Positions 59,601-64,000 of a stretch of 64,000 nucleotides of DNA are shown one piece after another. Made by a program: the position numbers and the translations under genes. Below the pieces are notes generated by a model. It searched no databases and had not been told where the DNA came from. It worked only from the letters and a program-made list of their open reading frames with translations. Positions within the stretch are counted from its first letter, which is position 1. Each line of letters begins with the position of its first letter. The stretch is from Bispira polyomma (Eukaryota): NCBI GenBank assembly GCA_965649765.1, contig OZ287754.1, positions 16,244,001-16,308,000 on the forward strand, written 5' to 3'.

Positions 59601-60513
59601 TTTCTTTTCCAGTATCTCTGTGTGGCTGGGATTTAAAATGTACTAATTAACCTTTGTGTCTGTGCAAATGAATAGCTTAGTTTAATCTTATGACATAAAC
59701 CGATGATTGGGAGTTCAGTGTTGGAGAATATCAATCTAATCTAATCTAATCTAGTCATACTTTTATAGTGCTTAATCTTTGTACAACAAATTCTAAGGCG
59801 CAACAAACCCAAAACATTAATCGAAAATCAAAAATAGTGGACGGATGGAAGTCGTAACCAGGGAGACAGCCGTAAATGGTTGCAACGGCTAAGGTGGAAA
59901 AGCCTGTTCAAAAAGGTAGGCCTTCAGCTTACTCCTGAAAGAGGAGAAAGTTTGAGACAGGCGAACATGATCAGGTAGGCTGTTCCAAATGAGGGGGCCA
60001 TCATAAGCTAGGCAGTGATTAAACTGAACTTTGGATTTGTGGATGTAAGGGTCGAAAGTGGGAATGTTAAGGTATAATATATCAGGGTTACTGCGCCTTG
60101 TCAAAACAGGGTAGTTGGACAAGGTTTTCTGTTTTGCAAACCACCTCCCCTCAGAGCTGAGATTCGAACCTATAACAGCGGAGTTAGAAGCCACATGTGC
60201 ACATGTGTCACCACTAAACTACCAAAGACCACCTTCACAAGTATAGTCAAGGAGCAACTACAATTTGCAATCTCGTAACTAAGACGGGCCGTTTAAAGAT
60301 GGCTATTTATCAAAAACATTATGTTATCTGTAACATGCCACTAAAAATACTTTGTGCTTCTTGTTTTCTAGATTTACCAACAACTTTGGACCCACTGGTA
60401 TTCTGGACTGGTTACATGGTACAGATGATCTCTTCAGAAAGTCAAAGGCCTTTCAAAGACACAGAACACTGTTTGGCTTCACTCCAGCGGGTGTTTTATA
60501 TCCTGATGATTGA
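56691..60513 (+). CDS. FAXDC2: Fatty acid hydroxylase domain-containing protein 2-like, paralog 2 (279 aa)
   Basis: Exons 56691-56787, 57356-57477, 58061-58266, 59204-59476 and 60372-60513. Internal exon sizes (122/206/273) are identical to paralog 1. His boxes HRLLH, HKIHH, HSG, HDFHH and DWLHGTD. Confidence 0.92.
58302..58602. mobile_element. MITE with imperfect TIRs
   Basis: Left AAAGGCCTTTATACACCGCCGAC vs reverse complement of right end TAAAGCCTTTATAGACCAACGAC. Confidence 0.65.
59733..60125 (-). mobile_element. L2-like LINE 3' end with (TAGAT)n tail
   Basis: LAYDGPLIWNSLPDHVRLSQTFSSFRSKLKAYLFEQAFPP. Confidence 0.85.
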
Positions 60514-60649
60514 GTAACTGTTTGATCATGAACACTATAAGATTTAATGTACTAATTTTAATATACTAAAATATTGACAAAAAAATATAAAAAAATTTAA
60601 AAGTTTTTGGTATTTAATTAAATTGAATTATAAATAACACCCAATCATA

Positions 60650-62155
60650 CTCTGGCCCTCTTCACTACTGACACAGGTTCTCCAAATAGCCCTATGTATA
60701 GGTTAAGATCCATGTTGATGTTTACTTTTTCAAAATAGAGAAAAGTAGGTGAGGTCCCTGCTTCAGTTCCCAGGAACCAGACATAAGCTAATTAGCCATT
60801 TAATTATCAACACAGAAAAAGATTGCGGTTCATAATTTTATTAGTTGACTACAGGGTTAAAACTACTATGTACAGTTTTTCATTAAGAAGAGGGACATAA
60901 GGTAACCTTAAGAAACCAAAGAGTTTAAGGTCACCATAACATAAGGAATTGTCAAGATGAGGTTACCCTAAGTGAGATTTTGAATTTAAGTTAGGGTGAC
61001 CATAAGTTAGGAACTGAATAAGGTGACCATAACTTGAATTTTAGTTTAAGTTTGAGAATACTAGAAGTTTAAGTTTAAGTGAATAAATTAAATTTTTAAT
61101 GAGATTTAAATTTTAAAAATTTTGGCAATTATTAGTGAAATTTAAATTTAAAGATTTTGAAAGTTAGATGGAGGAGTACATTACGTGCTCCCCACAGGAG
61201 GGTGACCTTATGCCCCAATATGCTGTGATAATTTATTTTATTGACATTTACTTTGCATGTTTTTAAACATGTGAATTTATAAAAGTTTCAGGTGAGAGGA
61301 GAAGTCCAAACCAAGCACCATATCACAGTAACATTATAGATATATTATATAAAGGAATTGTAAAGTGCTTCCTTTCAATTGACATTTAAAATGTAAAAAT
61401 TATAAAATATAGATAAAAAGTTACAAATTACACCAACAGCAGTATGATTCTAACACATCACAAGCCAGCATATAGCACTTTCCAATGGTTGAGTGGTATT
61501 CCGAGTATTCTATAGACAAATACTGCACCACCTGTCTTTTAAAGGGTAACCAACCCTGGGAGATGGCATGACGGCCATCTTGAAATTTTAAACATTCTAA
61601 AGAAAAATTCCCCTCTCTAGCTCACAGCAACAGTCCTACGTGGTTGAGCAATACAACCCCTTAGTTACATAATACAGTTGGAGGAATACAAAATTTAAAT
61701 TAAGCACATTTACTAAGAGATAAACTAGCAGAGCAGCACAGACCACAAATTCAGGGGAGTACATCCACAGCTTGCACATCCTGGTCACAAACAGCCTAAC
61801 GTTCGTCAAAGCCCTCATACACAGAGCCTAGATGGTATAACAGAACATTGTATCTTGCACCCGACCAGGAATACTGAGGAGACGAGCCCCGACACAAGGT
61901 CAGAATGAGCCTGCGGCTGACAAAAAGCACACACAGGGCTTAACAAGGGATCTCTGCTGTTATGCGGTGACACTCCATATCTACAACTACAACAACAAGA
62001 GTAAGTAACAGGGACGAGGAGGGTGGGTTAATTCGAAGTTGTTCCTCTGCTGACGGTTGGTGTAAAGAAAGAGATTTCAAATTTTCTTGGTTTATATAGC
62101 GAAATGCAATCAAGTGTGACCAAAAGACTGGTTCCCCGAACTGAAACCACCAACA
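60650..62155 (-). mobile_element. Probable ORF-less A-spacer-B derivative of a Ngaro-like element (element 3); boundaries approximate
   Basis: Minus strand reads TGTTGG start, TATATAAA box, then CCCACCCTCC (element 1 has CCCCACCCTC right after A2), a spacer, and an AT-rich block with six GGTNACC motifs like the B repeats. Confidence 0.5.
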
Positions 62156-62814
62156 CTATGGCGTTGCCTTCTAAAATTACACTCAAAATGTATTTGGTAT
62201 TCATACAATCTAATACTTATAATAATGTAGTTTTTATCTTATGTCACATTAATTTTTGGTTATCTTAATAACATGAATAACTATATAGTCTTTAAAATAT
62301 TTATATTTAAATGTCACATAAGCATGCCTAAAGCAATTGAAACAACACATTTTCATTTGCATTGAAATATTTATTTCATTGTTTTTTTTTTATTTTAAAA
62401 CTTTTTACTTGTGTTATAAAAACTGATTGCATTCATCATGTGTATTGCGGTAGATTACTATAAATTTACAAAAAAAATGTCATAAAAGCTAATCTTTAAA
62501 ATGTGGTTCATCCAGTTGGTGTCCAAAGCCATATCATTCCTTTTTCGACAGATCTACACTGGTTTCAAATTCAAAATCACGCCATTGTCGAGGTATATGT
62601 TCTTGTTTTGAAGGACATTGCTCTTGGCCAGCCAATGCAACACTCATCTAGGATAGTAACTTGACCAGAGGAAATGAACTCTCAATCTCAAAGTATTGTT
62701 GCAAACATAAGGTTGGTATTCATTGTTTTATGAATGAATGGAACAGTGAATGAAACAAGCTACCTACTGATATTCATACTCAGAAAAGCCTTAGGACATT
62801 CAGAAGAAGCCTAA

Positions 62815-63680
62815 TGGGGCTGTTCGACTTAGCCAATTGTTGCTTCCGAGTTATCTTTAGCTATCGGGGCCAATCGAGCCAATCACTCAGGTTTGCAAAC
62901 ATAGCCAATAATTTGGGATCAATAGGGAGCAATCGGGAGCTTGCAAGGAGTTATTGTTAGGTCCTAACAAGCTACTTTTACAGCCACTGAGCACAATTCA
63001 GAAACCACAGCCGTGTGTAAGTCGGGCATACAGAAGACAACTCAAGGCTGACAACAATAATTTGGGAGCGTATTTTAATTGACTGACATGTCAAATCGGG
63101 GGGACCAGAAACATATATAAGGGGCCGTGACAGTACTCTTCAGATCATTTTTGTCTTTAGCAATACACATCAGCAACTGGCAATTTTCATTCAATATATA
63201 ATAAAAGTTTAATTCTTTGAGTAATAAGTTTAAAACTTTTACATGGCACATTTGTTTTATCTAATATGCCACCCAAGAAGATGAGAAGGAAGCGGAAGAT
63301 GGTGACTTATGATGATGAGCAGGAGGAGTAGAGGGAGTTTAATTTGGTTATTAACAGACCTGGAGAGATTGTGACTGTGGTTATCTCAATTTACTGCCCT
63401 AGAAGACACACCAGAGACCCAAGATACAGAGGGACAAGATTCAACTAGTGACCCCGAGGTGGCTATACAACAAACTCTACACTGACTACAAAGACAACCA
63501 GAAGAAGAACGTGGCATGAGAAGAGTTCTGCTGAACCAGGAGGTGAAAAATAAAACTACAAAAAGCATCCTTGGTCCCTTCCCACAGAAAAAAACTACAA
63601 GAAGCATACTTGGTCCCTTCCCACAGAAAAAAACTACAAGAAGCATACTTGGTCCCTTCCCACAGAAATAAAAATACACT
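62815..63680 (+). mobile_element. Possible Harbinger-like transposon end with a decayed ORF
   Basis: TAA + TGGGGCTGTTCGACTTAG TIR-like start, TATATAA at ~63114 and a basic/acidic ORF start MPPKKMRRKRK... Confidence 0.35.
63551..63668 (+). repeat. 39-bp tandem repeat x3
   Basis: aaaactacaagaagcatacttggtcccttcccacagaaa. Confidence 0.9.
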
Positions 63681-63769
63681 GTTAAATTTTCAACTTGTCA
63701 AAGCCTACTCTAATATATAAGTATTAAGTACGTCGGTCTCTCTTCCGTCCCCGGTAGAAAGATTTTAAT

Positions 63770-64000
63770 ACATGCCCCTTTAAATAGAAATATGTTAAGT
63801 AGTTGCCCCTCACAGTAGAAATATTTAAAATACTTGCCCCTTTGAATACAACCCTGTTTATTAGTTGGCCTCATTAGGGGAGAAGTATGTTTATTAGTTT
63901 GCCCATTTGATTGGAAATAGTTATCCCCCTTAAATAGAAGTCTGTTTAGTAGTTAGCCCCCTTGAATAGAAATATGTTAACTACTTGACCCTCCAAAATA
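63770..64000 (+). repeat. Degenerate ~31-bp tandem repeat
   Basis: gcccctttaaatagaaatatgttaagtagtt-like units. Confidence 0.75.

Overview
This is AT-rich, intron- and repeat-rich eukaryotic (metazoan) DNA. An invertebrate such as a mollusc is likely, but that is inferred from the repeat types only. (1) Positions 532-27200 on the minus strand hold a 14-exon gene that the ORF track misses. It encodes a signal peptide followed by at least 7 tandem copies of a ~80-90 aa six-cysteine domain (C-x12-C-x15-25-C-x12-C-x9-10-C-x22-C). Each domain is built from one phase 1-2 exon and one phase 2-1 exon, and the gene runs off the left edge of the window. (2) There are several tyrosine-recombinase (YR) retrotransposons. 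One is a full split-direct-repeat (A1-ORFs-B1-A2-B2) Ngaro-like copy with internal deletions (14543-19705). One is a nearly intact copy (28935-34410). There is also a probable ORF-less derivative (~60650-62155), YR and gag relics, and a DIRS1-type gag 5' fragment. The near-intact copy shows a retrovirus-like expression scheme: a textbook -1 frameshift signal between gag and pol, and conserved phase-1 splice sites that would fuse the N-terminal part of Gag to the YR. (3) Two tandem, apparently intact FAXDC2-like fatty-acid hydroxylase/sterol desaturase genes lie at 49254-54345 and 56691-60513 (+). (4) The rest is decayed L2/CR1-like and L1/Tx1-like LINEs, a Penelope-like relic, Harbinger-type DNA transposons and MITEs, tRNA-derived SINEs and tandem repeats.
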